Source: Candidatus Latescibacterota bacterium (GTDB lineage Bacteria > Latescibacterota > UBA2968 > UBA8231). Taken from it: 64,000 nt of DNA. The notes under the pieces are model-generated. The model searched no databases and was not told where the DNA came from. It worked only from the letters and a program-made list of their open reading frames with translations. Location: NCBI GenBank assembly GCA_965261395.1, contig OZ253462.1:2816001-2880000 (forward strand), in the 5' to 3' direction. The position numbers and the translations under genes are program-made. Positions 50,398 to 59,896 of the stretch are shown here, in pieces. Every line of letters starts with the position of its first letter. Within the stretch, counting starts at the first letter, position 1.

Positions 50398-51744
50398 TTA
50401 TTCGCACATGGCGTCCTGCTCGCGCCGCAGTTGCAACGCGAGCGAATCCGGCACATCGACCATGGCGTAGCTGATCGCCGCACCTTGCCGCACGTCTTGC
50501 TTGAGCACGGCCCCGCCCGACAGCCCTAACGGCAATAGTCCCTCTTGGCGCGCCACGGTCGCCTTTTCGCTTTGCCCCAATACAGTGTAGCCGCCTCCGC
50601 CGTCGAGGGTCTCGCCGGACTTGAGATCGCGCTTGGCCACGGCGATCACATCGGCTGTGGGCACGGAGCGCGGGGCACCGGTTGGCAGGCCGTAGAGCGC
50701 GACTTTGGCGATGGTGATTGGGGCTTCAACCGCCACCAAGTGATAGGGGCGGTAGAGCAGGAAGTTTTTGCCGTCGCCACCTCGATGCAGGTGGTAGGTG
50801 ACGAGGTCTTCTATGGTAAAGGCGTGCTCGCTGCGGATGACGACAAAGACGCCCATGCCTAGCGGATCGGCGAGCTGGGTTTTGCCATCTTCGGCGACGC
50901 TGTTGGCTAGTTCGATGACCCCGCGCTGGCTCAGCAGCCCTCCTTCTTCGACCAAACTGAATTTTTGTGGGATGTCCGCCAAATTGCACGACGGCTCGTG
51001 CATGCCCCTTATGTCGGGCACGAGTCCGGCCATGTTGGCGATGGCCGTGGCCTCGACTTGGGCTTTGGTGCCGTCGCGGAAGGAGTTGTACATCTTCAAG
51101 CTGATGTTGCGCCGCTGCAAGGTCTCCGCGTCAAAGCCGAAGCGTGCGGCGGTATTGTCGGGCGTGCCTTGGGGATCGTCGGCAAAGAGCACGGTGCCCC
51201 GGCCCGCAGCCACCACCTCCAAGCCGAGGGACCATGCCCATTCGATGATGTTCATGGTCACCCCAGGTTGATCGCCATCGACGAGGGAGTACACGACGCC
51301 CGCGCTGTCGGCTTTGTGCTTGAGCAGCGCACCGATGGTCACGTCTGTTTCCACGTTGACCATCACGAGGTGGTTGCCGCTGGCGATTGTCGCGCTGGCC
51401 ATGCTGGCCCCGACCGAGGTCGAGCCGGTTGCCTCTACTACCACGTCCAAACCTTCGGCCTGTGCGACTAACAGCCCGTCCTCAACTACGGTGAATTTCC
51501 CCGCGTGAATGGCCGCTGCTAACGCCTGCGGGCTATCCGCCGTTCCCACCGCAACATCCCCGTACCCCGCTGCGTATGCATAGCGGGCGCGGGCTAGATC
51601 AATGTCGGCAATGGCCGCGACGACCATGCCCTGCATCTGGGCGATCTGGGCGACCAATCCGCCGCCGAATTTTCCCGCGCCGATGATGCCGACGCGGATG
51701 GGTTTACCTTGTCGCTCGCGGTCGGCGAGCAATGCACTAAGCAT
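50398..51744 (-). CDS. NAD(P)-dependent oxidoreductase with C-terminal SAF domain (homoserine dehydrogenase-like)
   Basis: GIIGAGKFG, NVETD, GDQPG, DGTK, RPYHL, AKRDL..GE.LDG.GG. Confidence 0.88.
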   Translation of the reverse strand: MLSALLADRERQGKPIRVGIIGAGKFGGGLVAQIAQMQGMVVAAIADIDLARARYAYAAGYGDVAVGTADSPQALAAAIHAGKFTVVEDGLLVAQAEGLDVVVEATGSTSVGASMASATIASGNHLVMVNVETDVTIGALLKHKADSAGVVYSLVDGDQPGVTMNIIEWAWSLGLEVVAAGRGTVLFADDPQGTPDNTAARFGFDAETLQRRNISLKMYNSFRDGTKAQVEATAIANMAGLVPDIRGMHEPSCNLADIPQKFSLVEEGGLLSQRGVIELANSVAEDGKTQLADPLGMGVFVVIRSEHAFTIEDLVTYHLHRGGDGKNFLLYRPYHLVAVEAPITIAKVALYGLPTGAPRSVPTADVIAVAKRDLKSGETLDGGGGYTVLGQSEKATVARQEGLLPLGLSGGAVLKQDVRQGAAISYAMVDVPDSLALQLRREQDAMCE

Positions 51745-51763
51745 GTATTCCTCCTCGTGTTGT

Positions 51764-53446
51764 TTAACAGAAATCTAAATCCGCTCCCAAGTTCGCCTGC
51801 AATACGCGCTCGGCGTACAGCCGCCGCCATCCGCGTGTTGGCGTGGACGGCGCGGTCCATTCGGCCCGCCGGCGGGCGAGGGTTTCCTCGGGGACTAGCA
51901 AATCCAAGCGTCCGGCTTCTACGTCCAACTCGATCAGGTCGCCGTCGCGGACGAGGGCCAATGGCCCCCCGACGGCTGCTTCTGGCGCTACGTGCAAAGC
52001 GACCGTTCCATAGGCCGTGCCGCTCATCCGCCCATCGGAGATGCGCACCATGTCCTCGATGCCCTGCGCGGCGAGGTACTTGGGCAAGGGCATGGAGCCG
52101 GCTTCGGGCATCCCAAGGGCCACCGGCCCGGCCCCGCGCAATACCAGCACGTGCTCTGGCGTAATGCCCAATGCGGGGTCGTCAACGCGCGCGGCGTCGT
52201 CCGGCCCGTCGAACACGACGGCTGGCCCGCGATGCTTGTGCAGGTGCGGGGACGAGGTGGCCTTTTTCATTACCGCTCCGTCTGGCGCGAGCGAGCCTTT
52301 TAGCACCACGAGGGACGACGCTGGCCCCAGCGGTGCGTCTAAGGTGCGGATCGCGGTTTGCCACGCGCCGGGTGCGGCCACGTCCTGCAAGAGTGCGCCG
52401 AGGGTTTGGCCGCTGACTCCTATTGCATCGAGGTCGAGCATCGGCTCCAGGGTTTTGAGTAGGACGGGCACGCCGCCGGCCTTGTCGAAATCCTCCATAT
52501 ACCCGCTGCCCGCTGGCTTGCAATCGACCAGCAGTGGCACTTGTTGGGCCGCGGTGTGAAAGTCGTCTAATGACAGGGCCACGCCAGCCCGGCGCGCAAT
52601 GGCGAGCAGATGCACGACCGCATTCGTCGAGCCGCTCAACGCAGCCAGCACCTTGAGTGCGTTGGCAAAGGCCGATGGCGTTAGTATGTCTTGCGCCGAG
52701 CGTCCCTCGGTCGCTAAGGCTACGGCCCGGCGGCCGGTGGCGACTCCGAGCCGCAAACGCTGGCTTGAGACTGCGGATGGAGTGGCTGCGCCCGGTAGCA
52801 TTAGCCCGAGGGTCTCGGCTACGCAGGCCATGGTTGAGGCTGTGCCCATGACCATGCAGGTCCCGGCCGTTGGGCACAGGCTCTGGCTGACCTCGGCGAT
52901 TTCTTCGGCGTCGAGCGCTCCGGCCCGGTGCTGCGCCCAATAGCGGCGGCAATCCGTGCATGCGCCTAATCGCTCGCCGCGCCAGTCTCCGGCCAGCATT
53001 GGCCCGGTGACGAGGTGGATGGCGGGCACGGACGCGGAAGCCGAGGCCATGAGTTGGGCTGGCAGGGTTTTGTCGCAGCCGCCGAGCAGCACGACTGCGT
53101 CCATGGGCTGAGCGGTGATCATTTCCTCGGTTGCCATGGCCATGAGGTTGCGGTAGAGCATGGCGGTGGGGGAGAGGAGGATTTCGCCGAGGGACAGGGT
53201 CGGAAAGACGAGGGGCAGCCCGCCCGCTTCTAGCACGCCTCGTTTGACGGCTTCTACGAGTTGGGGCATGGCGCGATGGCAGGTGGTGTAGTCGGACGAG
53301 GTATCGGCGATGCCGACGACGGGCCGCTCTAAATCCGCCTCGTCGTAGCCAGCCGAAGCGAGGAAGGCGCGGCGCAAGTAGCGGCTAAAACCTGGGTCGG
53401 CGTAGTGGGTTAGGTTGCGGTCGATGCCGGTGGGGGAGGGATTCAA
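51764..53446 (-). CDS. ilvD: Dihydroxy-acid dehydratase (IlvD/Edd family; possibly a sugar-acid dehydratase)
   Basis: GGCDKT, GTC.VMGTASTM, GSTNAVVHL, GMPE, SDGRMSGT, HVAPEAAVGG. Confidence 0.9.
   Translation of the reverse strand: MNPSPTGIDRNLTHYADPGFSRYLRRAFLASAGYDEADLERPVVGIADTSSDYTTCHRAMPQLVEAVKRGVLEAGGLPLVFPTLSLGEILLSPTAMLYRNLMAMATEEMITAQPMDAVVLLGGCDKTLPAQLMASASASVPAIHLVTGPMLAGDWRGERLGACTDCRRYWAQHRAGALDAEEIAEVSQSLCPTAGTCMVMGTASTMACVAETLGLMLPGAATPSAVSSQRLRLGVATGRRAVALATEGRSAQDILTPSAFANALKVLAALSGSTNAVVHLLAIARRAGVALSLDDFHTAAQQVPLLVDCKPAGSGYMEDFDKAGGVPVLLKTLEPMLDLDAIGVSGQTLGALLQDVAAPGAWQTAIRTLDAPLGPASSLVVLKGSLAPDGAVMKKATSSPHLHKHRGPAVVFDGPDDAARVDDPALGITPEHVLVLRGAGPVALGMPEAGSMPLPKYLAAQGIEDMVRISDGRMSGTAYGTVALHVAPEAAVGGPLALVRDGDLIELDVEAGRLDLLVPEETLARRRAEWTAPSTPTRGWRRLYAERVLQANLGADLDFC
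53232..53433. repeat. 202-bp direct repeat copy 1 (5' end of ilvD)
   Basis: Matches 54430..54631 with 8 mismatches (manual alignment). Confidence 0.92.
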
Positions 53447-54114
53447 GTTTGGGCATATTCCTCTGTGCTCTGCTCGTTCGTCAATCTACGAGCAGTCTCG
53501 ATCAATTCCAAAACCATCTCGATACCCAAGTCATCGTGGCTAAATCCGTGGGCAATCGCGTTTCTATATTTATGCAAGTCAGTCAGCTTGAGATACTCGT
53601 CCCCTGAGATAACTCCCAAGTAACGTGCTTGGTCAAGGACGTAACTCGCCGAGGTGATACCCGGCCTTGAAACTCCTTCGTTCGACACCAATGCTCGAAT
53701 CGCAGCCTCACAAGCTGACCACGCAAGCATGAAAGCCGCTTCAGGAATATCTGATTGCAAGGCTTTCTCGGCTTGTTCAATTCGTTGGAGGATGCTTTCA
53801 CTTTCGAAAGATCTCGCACCAGCAGGTGCATCACGACTCTCAGGCTCACTCACCAGAATTAACTCGAAGGTCCAATCCGGCTTCGAGTCTATGATATTTG
53901 CCAATTCGCTGATTCTCCGGTCCGCGGCTAGTGAGGACCGAGACTTCACTTCAATCACCTTCGACTCGCCGCCCTTCCGCACAACTAGGTCAGCCTGGAA
54001 GTTGGGAAAGAAGTCGAGAAGCACCTCTGTCGAAACATCGTAGCCCTTGCTCCGATATTCCTGTGCTGTTTTAAGAGCAAGAAGGTATTCAGCATTGGTT
54101 GCATTGCTTATCAA
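53443..54114 (-). CDS. REase_AHJR-like restriction endonuclease-fold protein with C-terminal HEPN-like domain
   Basis: EYRSKGYDV...ADLVVRK...VIEVK; RNAIAH (RxxxxH); TTG 54114 after GGAGG (track ORF starts at 54279). Confidence 0.7.
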   Translation of the reverse strand: MISNATNAEYLLALKTAQEYRSKGYDVSTEVLLDFFPNFQADLVVRKGGESKVIEVKSRSSLAADRRISELANIIDSKPDWTFELILVSEPESRDAPAGARSFESESILQRIEQAEKALQSDIPEAAFMLAWSACEAAIRALVSNEGVSRPGITSASYVLDQARYLGVISGDEYLKLTDLHKYRNAIAHGFSHDDLGIEMVLELIETARRLTNEQSTEEYAQT

Positions 54115-54312
54115 AATACGACCTCCTGATTCTGGGCGGCGGTTACTTTGAGTATCCCAGACCAATCTGGCAGCCCTTTCCAAATCTTGTCGCCATTCGT
54201 GGAATCTCTGCCTGCGGCGGGTTTGGGAAGACACCGGAGCCTGTTCCATAATAAGCTCGAATGGTATCGGCATCCACAAGCCTTATCGTATGTATGAACA
54301 GAAAGATAATAG

Positions 54313-54360
54313 AAACGACCCCACGCGGGGAGACAAAATACCCCTAGAGTGGGGTCGTTT
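54313..54360. repeat. 12-bp inverted repeat hairpin
   Basis: AAACGACCCCAC-N24-GTGGGGTCGTTT. Confidence 0.7.
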
Positions 54361-54386
54361 AGGGGAGGGCCGTTTACACAGCCGAC

Positions 54387-54638
54387 CTACACTGGGACCA
54401 TAATATCCATAGGGAATTTGGGCAAATGAAGCACGCCCCGTTTGACGGCTTCCACGAGTTGGGGCATGGCGCGATGGCAGGTGGTGTAGTCGGACGAGGT
54501 GTCGGCGATGCCGACGATGGGCCGCTCTAAATCCGCCTCGTCGTAGCCAGCCGAAGCGAGGAAAGCACGGCGCAAGTAGCGGCTAAAACCGGGGTCGGCG
54601 TAGTGGGTTAGGTTGCGGTCGATTCCGGTGGCAGGCAT
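54387..54638 (-). pseudogene. Truncated second copy of ilvD 5' end
   Basis: About 68 aa nearly identical to the IlvD N-terminus, then an unrelated tail. Confidence 0.9.
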
Positions 54639-56057
54639 TCAGACCTCCGCACGTCGTTCGTTTCGATTCTGCTGAACGGTCAGCGCTCTGACACCGGCAG
54701 CATTCAACTCAGAATATAGACGCGTCGTACCGTCAGCCTCTATCTCACCTGTCTCACCTTCAATGTGGCTCGGTACGCCAAATGCTGGTATGACCAGAGC
54801 AAACATGTGGATTGCCCGTGTGATAAATGTCTTGTCATCCCTCTCCTTGAGTTTCGTGCTTTCATAGATACGGGCAAAGGACTCAGGATCGTCGCCAATC
54901 GGCACGGTGATCATACTATCCATAACCATAGGCAGGCCGTGTACTTCGAACCCATCCAATAGTGTTTCGACATCGACGAAAGGCACCGTCCGCCAAGCAT
55001 TCAGCACACGGGCCTTGCAGTAAAACTCCCCGTCCGCATCCGCGAGTTTCAGTAAATCCTGATATTGGGAGACGATGCTGAATAGCAGGTGTAACATGAA
55101 ATTCAGATCGGCGATACGCGGCCGAGTGTGTCCTTGCTCATTTAACATGTCGATGAATCGCTCGGCATGGATATAACCGTCAAACTCTCCGATTAAGTAA
55201 TCTGGGACATCTGGGGCGTGAAGCTGTAAGGGCAGTATGATGTCGCATGACATGTCCCTTCGTAGTCTCCAGGTCAGCCCATAATTAGCAGGATCGTTCC
55301 TTTTCAACTGACGGGCGATGAGCCCTTCCGCTGTGGTGTAGATCGTATCGAATGGGATCGAGGGTATACTTGTTTCGCCACCGTTCAGAATGTGTCTGAT
55401 TTCGGAGAGCGGTGCACTGAGCCTGGGATCGCGCTGACGCCAGGGATCCACGCAGAGTAACAAGCGTACATAAGGCAACTCCTCTTCTCCTTTGGCGAAC
55501 TCCGGATCGCGCTCTATCCATTCACGCGTCCTTTCGCGAAGAGGTTCAGCACGACGCCAGAGCTGGTCGAGGACGAACCGGTCTGTCTCTGGCTTGGGCT
55601 CCGATCCATCCGCCACCCGTCTGTAGATACGCCCATCTTTATGGACATGCGGCGCGGTGTGGCTTTGCGGAATTTCGACTACGATTATCGCTTTGCCTTT
55701 ATCTAATCCGTTCTCGGCACACGGTCCCCGTAGAACAGTGGTCTCGAAAAACGGCGTCGGGTTGAGGTGATTGGCTGCCGATTGGCGCAAGCTCTGTAGG
55801 GCACCATCCACATCTTCTTCGGGAATACCGAGTAACTCGCCCGCAACGGCATTGTCCTTGCTTTGTTCTTGCACGCCAATGAACAGCCAGCCGCCGTATG
55901 TGTTGGCGAACGCAGAGAGAGATTTCGCAAGTGCACGGGCATTGACCATTTGGCGTTTGTATTCCACATACCAGCCTTCATTAACGTCCCTCAGAATTGT
56001 GAGATCAGGGGGCTGAAGATCATGGATGGCTTTGTCGAATGGCGAATACCTTTGCAT
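54639..56057 (-). CDS. AlbA_2 (Schlafen-like) domain protein with uncharacterised C-terminal region
   Basis: EGWYVEYK, SAFANTYGGWLFIGV, PHVHKDGRIYRR. Confidence 0.85.
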   Translation of the reverse strand: MQRYSPFDKAIHDLQPPDLTILRDVNEGWYVEYKRQMVNARALAKSLSAFANTYGGWLFIGVQEQSKDNAVAGELLGIPEEDVDGALQSLRQSAANHLNPTPFFETTVLRGPCAENGLDKGKAIIVVEIPQSHTAPHVHKDGRIYRRVADGSEPKPETDRFVLDQLWRRAEPLRERTREWIERDPEFAKGEEELPYVRLLLCVDPWRQRDPRLSAPLSEIRHILNGGETSIPSIPFDTIYTTAEGLIARQLKRNDPANYGLTWRLRRDMSCDIILPLQLHAPDVPDYLIGEFDGYIHAERFIDMLNEQGHTRPRIADLNFMLHLLFSIVSQYQDLLKLADADGEFYCKARVLNAWRTVPFVDVETLLDGFEVHGLPMVMDSMITVPIGDDPESFARIYESTKLKERDDKTFITRAIHMFALVIPAFGVPSHIEGETGEIEADGTTRLYSELNAAGVRALTVQQNRNERRAEV

Positions 56058-56140
56058 GATTTTCTCTAGTCTTCCTTTTCAAGCACTGCTTCCGTTTGAA
56101 CCACCAAGTTTGTTCTCCGAAGATTCCCAACCCACGGCAA

Positions 56141-56543
56141 TTAGACCCCAAGTTGCGTCGCAAGGTCATGGAAATCTTGCGCAATTATGTCAAAATCTCC
56201 GTCTTGCGCGGTGTCTGCTTGGCCTTCCGGCCCCCATTCAAGAGGACGCGCAATAAAGGCCGTTCTGAAGCCAACGGCTCTAGCCCCCTCTAAGTCGTGG
56301 CGATGCGCCGCGACCATCAGGATTGAAGGCGGCTCCAAATCGAGAAGACGCGCCGCCGTCTCGTAAACTTCCCGGTCCGGCTTGTAATGCCGCGCAAGCT
56401 CTGCTGACAAGATACAGTCCCACGGTAATTCCACTTGTCGCAGCCTAATCCTCACCTTCTCGCGCAATGGTAGAGTACCAGTCGGAGACTGTGCCAAAGA
56501 CATCGACAGTCAGGGCCTTAATAGATGTTTGCTCGGATTCCAT
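56141..56543 (-). pseudogene. Internally deleted, frameshifted copy of haloacid dehalogenase gene
   Basis: MESEQTSIKALTVDVFGTV... fused to PWDCILS...; direct repeat of both ends of 59168..59887. Confidence 0.92.
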
Positions 56544-56549
56544 TCTTTA

Positions 56550-58127
56550 TCAAACAAACAATTCCAGTTGCTTCGGCTCGTCCTGCCACTCGGTTTCCGG
56601 CAGTAGGTCTGCAAGCGCAGTTGCCGGAACCCTTCCCAACTCTTTCGGCTCCAGCTTGTGTAGCCCTCCCCCATAAACTCTCCCCTCGTTCAGCATCTCC
56701 TTCGGACTTATGCCATTCAGGAAATCCCACACTTGCCGCTTCAACTGGGGAGATTCTGCAATCGCCCTATCAAGGACTCCCCTCGGATACAGCATCAGGT
56801 AAACATTGGGGGCGGTCGCATTGGAGTGGTTCAGTATGAATCGAAATGGCCGCCCGTTCTTTTTGTTGCTGCGGCCGAGGTAGGTGCATAGGAATGGCGT
56901 AGCCGGGCGGCGCTCTTGCGCATACCAGGGCGACCGATGCCGGCATATATAGCGTTCAGTTATACCTTGCGCCTTGCCTTCTTCAAGGTAGGCCCCCAGC
57001 GTCGGATACCGCTCCTTGACCTTCTCTTCTGGCAACCGACAGTCTAGGAGGAACAACTGACGCTCCAATACAGGGTTGCCAGCACGATCCGCCAAGATTT
57101 CGGTATCTGGCACGTAACGCGGGCTTGGGAGTATAGGTCGGAACAACTCGGCAGGAAGCCCCCGCTCTTCGATCTCCTCCGTCGACAGGATGAAATACCT
57201 GTTACCGCCAGTCGCCAGCCCGCGCTTGATCGTGAAGAAGTCTGCGAGCACCGGCGCGTGCGACTCCGAGTGGCTCTCTTTCATCGGGTACAGCGTCCAT
57301 TTCGGGTCGCGTCGGAGTGTATCGACCGGGACCAGTCGTTCCAGACTCGGCCGCAGCAGTGAACCGCCATAGGTCATACGCACTTTGTGATGGTCGGGTG
57401 GCTCTTTCTTGCTGAACCAAACTACCGAGGAGGACACTAGCGCGTCCCCGAATTGCACTTCTTTTGGGTCGAAGCGGTGGATGTGCAGCAACGTAACCTT
57501 GTCAAGCAGATAGCGCTTCACCGATGCGCCGTAGTTGACATCCATGAATTCGCTCGGTATCAGCCAACCCGCCAGTCCACCTTCCGCCATCCACTGGTGA
57601 GACAATCCGAGGAAGTAACAGTACAGACCGGCAAGCCCGTTCACCTCGATGCCGCAAGCCTCCCTTGTGAGGGCCTTCAGGCGTCGTTTCTCCTCGCTGG
57701 CGATGTGGTGATGTCGCACATAGGGTGGGTTGCAGACCAATAGGTTGAACTTCCCTTTGTCCGATGGGGGTGCGGCCAGTGTAAAGTCCTCCAAGCGGAC
57801 ATCCAGCATCGTACCCTTCCATAGCCTCGCCGCAGGTTCGCCGTAATGAGGGTCGACTTCGTAGCCGACGGCGCGTGTCAGGCGGCCTGCCGGGAAGACC
57901 TTGAGCAGTGCCGAGTAGAACGAGCCGGTCCCGATGGCCGGGTCGATAAACCGCACCGCCTCAGTCTCATTCAGTTGCCCTCTCGCATACTCAAGGATCT
58001 GTACGGCAAGTTCCGTCGGAGTTGCAAACTGCCCCATCCTGTTACGTTCGGCTTGATTCTTGGCGGCATCCAGTTCAGCTTGGACCGCGAGCCGACGTTC
58101 TTCCCGCTTTGTCATGGATTTAGTCAT
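56550..58127 (-). CDS. Type II N6-adenine DNA methyltransferase (Eco57I/XamI-like)
   Basis: GQFATP, DPAIGTGSF, NPPY, RGLATG, YGGGL.KLEPKEL. Confidence 0.9.
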   Translation of the reverse strand: MTKSMTKREERRLAVQAELDAAKNQAERNRMGQFATPTELAVQILEYARGQLNETEAVRFIDPAIGTGSFYSALLKVFPAGRLTRAVGYEVDPHYGEPAARLWKGTMLDVRLEDFTLAAPPSDKGKFNLLVCNPPYVRHHHIASEEKRRLKALTREACGIEVNGLAGLYCYFLGLSHQWMAEGGLAGWLIPSEFMDVNYGASVKRYLLDKVTLLHIHRFDPKEVQFGDALVSSSVVWFSKKEPPDHHKVRMTYGGSLLRPSLERLVPVDTLRRDPKWTLYPMKESHSESHAPVLADFFTIKRGLATGGNRYFILSTEEIEERGLPAELFRPILPSPRYVPDTEILADRAGNPVLERQLFLLDCRLPEEKVKERYPTLGAYLEEGKAQGITERYICRHRSPWYAQERRPATPFLCTYLGRSNKKNGRPFRFILNHSNATAPNVYLMLYPRGVLDRAIAESPQLKRQVWDFLNGISPKEMLNEGRVYGGGLHKLEPKELGRVPATALADLLPETEWQDEPKQLELFV

Positions 58128-59093
58128 CTACAGGCCAAACTCCTCAAGGTCTCCGATGCGATGCTCCCACACCCAGTCGATGCCTTCTGCCGCCTCGTAG
58201 CCCAAGTAGCCGCTGTCGAAGTATCCGCACAGGAACAAGATGTATCTCACGTCCTCTCCGTAAGACTGGCGGAGTTGGCTCATCTTGGCAGCCTCCTCTT
58301 TGCGGCGCTTGTTCACGTTGGCGAAGTCGCCTGCTGATTTGGCCTCGACAAGCAGAGGCAGGTCTCTTGGTCGTGCCGCCTGTGGCATGATGACTGCATC
58401 CACCGGTATGTTGACCTGCCGATCTGTCCCCTCCTGCTCAGCCGGTACGTTCATCCGAAAAGAGAACGTACCCGGCTCCATGTTGTCGTAGCTCCTCTGC
58501 CCTCCTGCCGGAAGATTGGCATATCCACGGTCCTCTAACCACGCCGCTATGGCGTCAAGCTGCCGCTTTTCCTGGGCATTCCGAATGATGGGGTTCGCAA
58601 CGGCCCCGCACAAGCGGTCGGCCAAGATTGTCGCTGCCCGGTATCGTTCCTGCTCCGAAGGCGCGTCTCCCCACTCCAGCCAGACGAGAATGTCCTTGTC
58701 AGCCATCTTTTGGATGACCGCTGCTACCTTGCCAAGGGCGCTGTCCACTTCTTGCCGGGACATCCGACGCGGCAGCTTCCCGTCCTTTTCCATGACTTTG
58801 ACTAGGTTCGCCGGCACCCCGGCGAGTCCGATAAGCCGATCCACGGCGAGGGGCGGGCAGGTCGCCATCCGTAGGGTAGGCAGGATGCTGGGATTTGCCC
58901 TCAGCAATTCCACATCAATATCTGTCAGGTTTTCCGTAGCCTCCAGGGTCACCTTAACGTCTATGGTAGTCTGAAAGCGGGTTGTCCGATAGGCTTCCGG
59001 TGCAAACCGAATGAACCAGTTGTTGTACATGTCTACCGACTGTTCGATGTCCGCTTTCCACCTGTCCGGTTTGTCCCTGTTAACCGCCATCAC
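58128..59093 (-). CDS. XamI family restriction endonuclease
   Basis: SVDMYNNWF, PIIRNAQEKRQL, VEAKSAGDF.NVNKRRKEEA, WVWEHR. Confidence 0.85.
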   Translation of the reverse strand: MMAVNRDKPDRWKADIEQSVDMYNNWFIRFAPEAYRTTRFQTTIDVKVTLEATENLTDIDVELLRANPSILPTLRMATCPPLAVDRLIGLAGVPANLVKVMEKDGKLPRRMSRQEVDSALGKVAAVIQKMADKDILVWLEWGDAPSEQERYRAATILADRLCGAVANPIIRNAQEKRQLDAIAAWLEDRGYANLPAGGQRSYDNMEPGTFSFRMNVPAEQEGTDRQVNIPVDAVIMPQAARPRDLPLLVEAKSAGDFANVNKRRKEEAAKMSQLRQSYGEDVRYILFLCGYFDSGYLGYEAAEGIDWVWEHRIGDLEEFGL

Positions 59094-59167
59094 TCAAGTG
59101 TCCATCCATAAATACCAAATGCTTGAATCACCATGTTTATTCTTCGGAGATTTGCTTCTCTCGGCCA

Positions 59168-59887
59168 TTAGATTCCAAGTTGCACTGCAAGATCGTGGAA
59201 ATCTTGCGCAATTATGTCAAAATCTCCGTCTTGCGCGGTGTCTGCTTGGCCTTCCGGTCCCCATTCAAGTGGACGCGCAATAAAGGCCGTTCTGAATCCA
59301 ACGGCTCTAGCCCCCTCTAGATCGTGGCGATGCGCCGCGACCATCAGGATTGAAGGCGGCTCCAAATCGAGAAGACGCGCCGCCGTCTCGTAAACTTCCC
59401 TGTCCGGCTTGTAATGCCGCGCAAGTTCTGCTGACAAGATACAGTCCCACGGAATACCGGCGTGCTTCGCCATGTTGGTCAGCAACGCCATGTTCCCATT
59501 GGAAAGCGCGGCAACGATGTATTTGGACTTCAGCCGCAGCATGCCGCCGACCACATCGGGCCACGGATCCAGTCTGTGCCAAACGCGATTGAAATAACTG
59601 CGCTCGTCCTCGGACAACTCGGGAATCGAGAAATCTTGCAGAATGTCATCGAGAATCATTCGGTGGAGCGCGTCTATTTGCGTCCAAGGCAATTCGCCGC
59701 GCCGCACGCGACCCATAGCGGGTTCATAGCCACTGCGCCAAGCCGTGGCAAAGCGCGCCCAGTCCACGGCAATCCGCTTGTCGCAGCCTAATCGCTCGCC
59801 CTCTCGTACAATGGTAGAGTGCCAGTCGGTGACCGTGCCGAAGACATCGACAGTCAGCGCCTTAATAGAGGTTTGCCAGGATTCCAT
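59168..59887 (-). CDS. Haloacid dehalogenase, type II
   Basis: DVFGTVTDW, WHRLDPWPD, LSNGN, YKP, MVAAH..DL. Confidence 0.92.
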   Translation of the reverse strand: MESWQTSIKALTVDVFGTVTDWHSTIVREGERLGCDKRIAVDWARFATAWRSGYEPAMGRVRRGELPWTQIDALHRMILDDILQDFSIPELSEDERSYFNRVWHRLDPWPDVVGGMLRLKSKYIVAALSNGNMALLTNMAKHAGIPWDCILSAELARHYKPDREVYETAARLLDLEPPSILMVAAHRHDLEGARAVGFRTAFIARPLEWGPEGQADTAQDGDFDIIAQDFHDLAVQLGI

Positions 59888-59896
59888 TTTGTCTTT

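Noticed and set aside
58128-59093. Assigning GTCGAC specificity to the XamI-like enzyme
   Set aside because: Family membership does not fix the target site; methylome data are needed.
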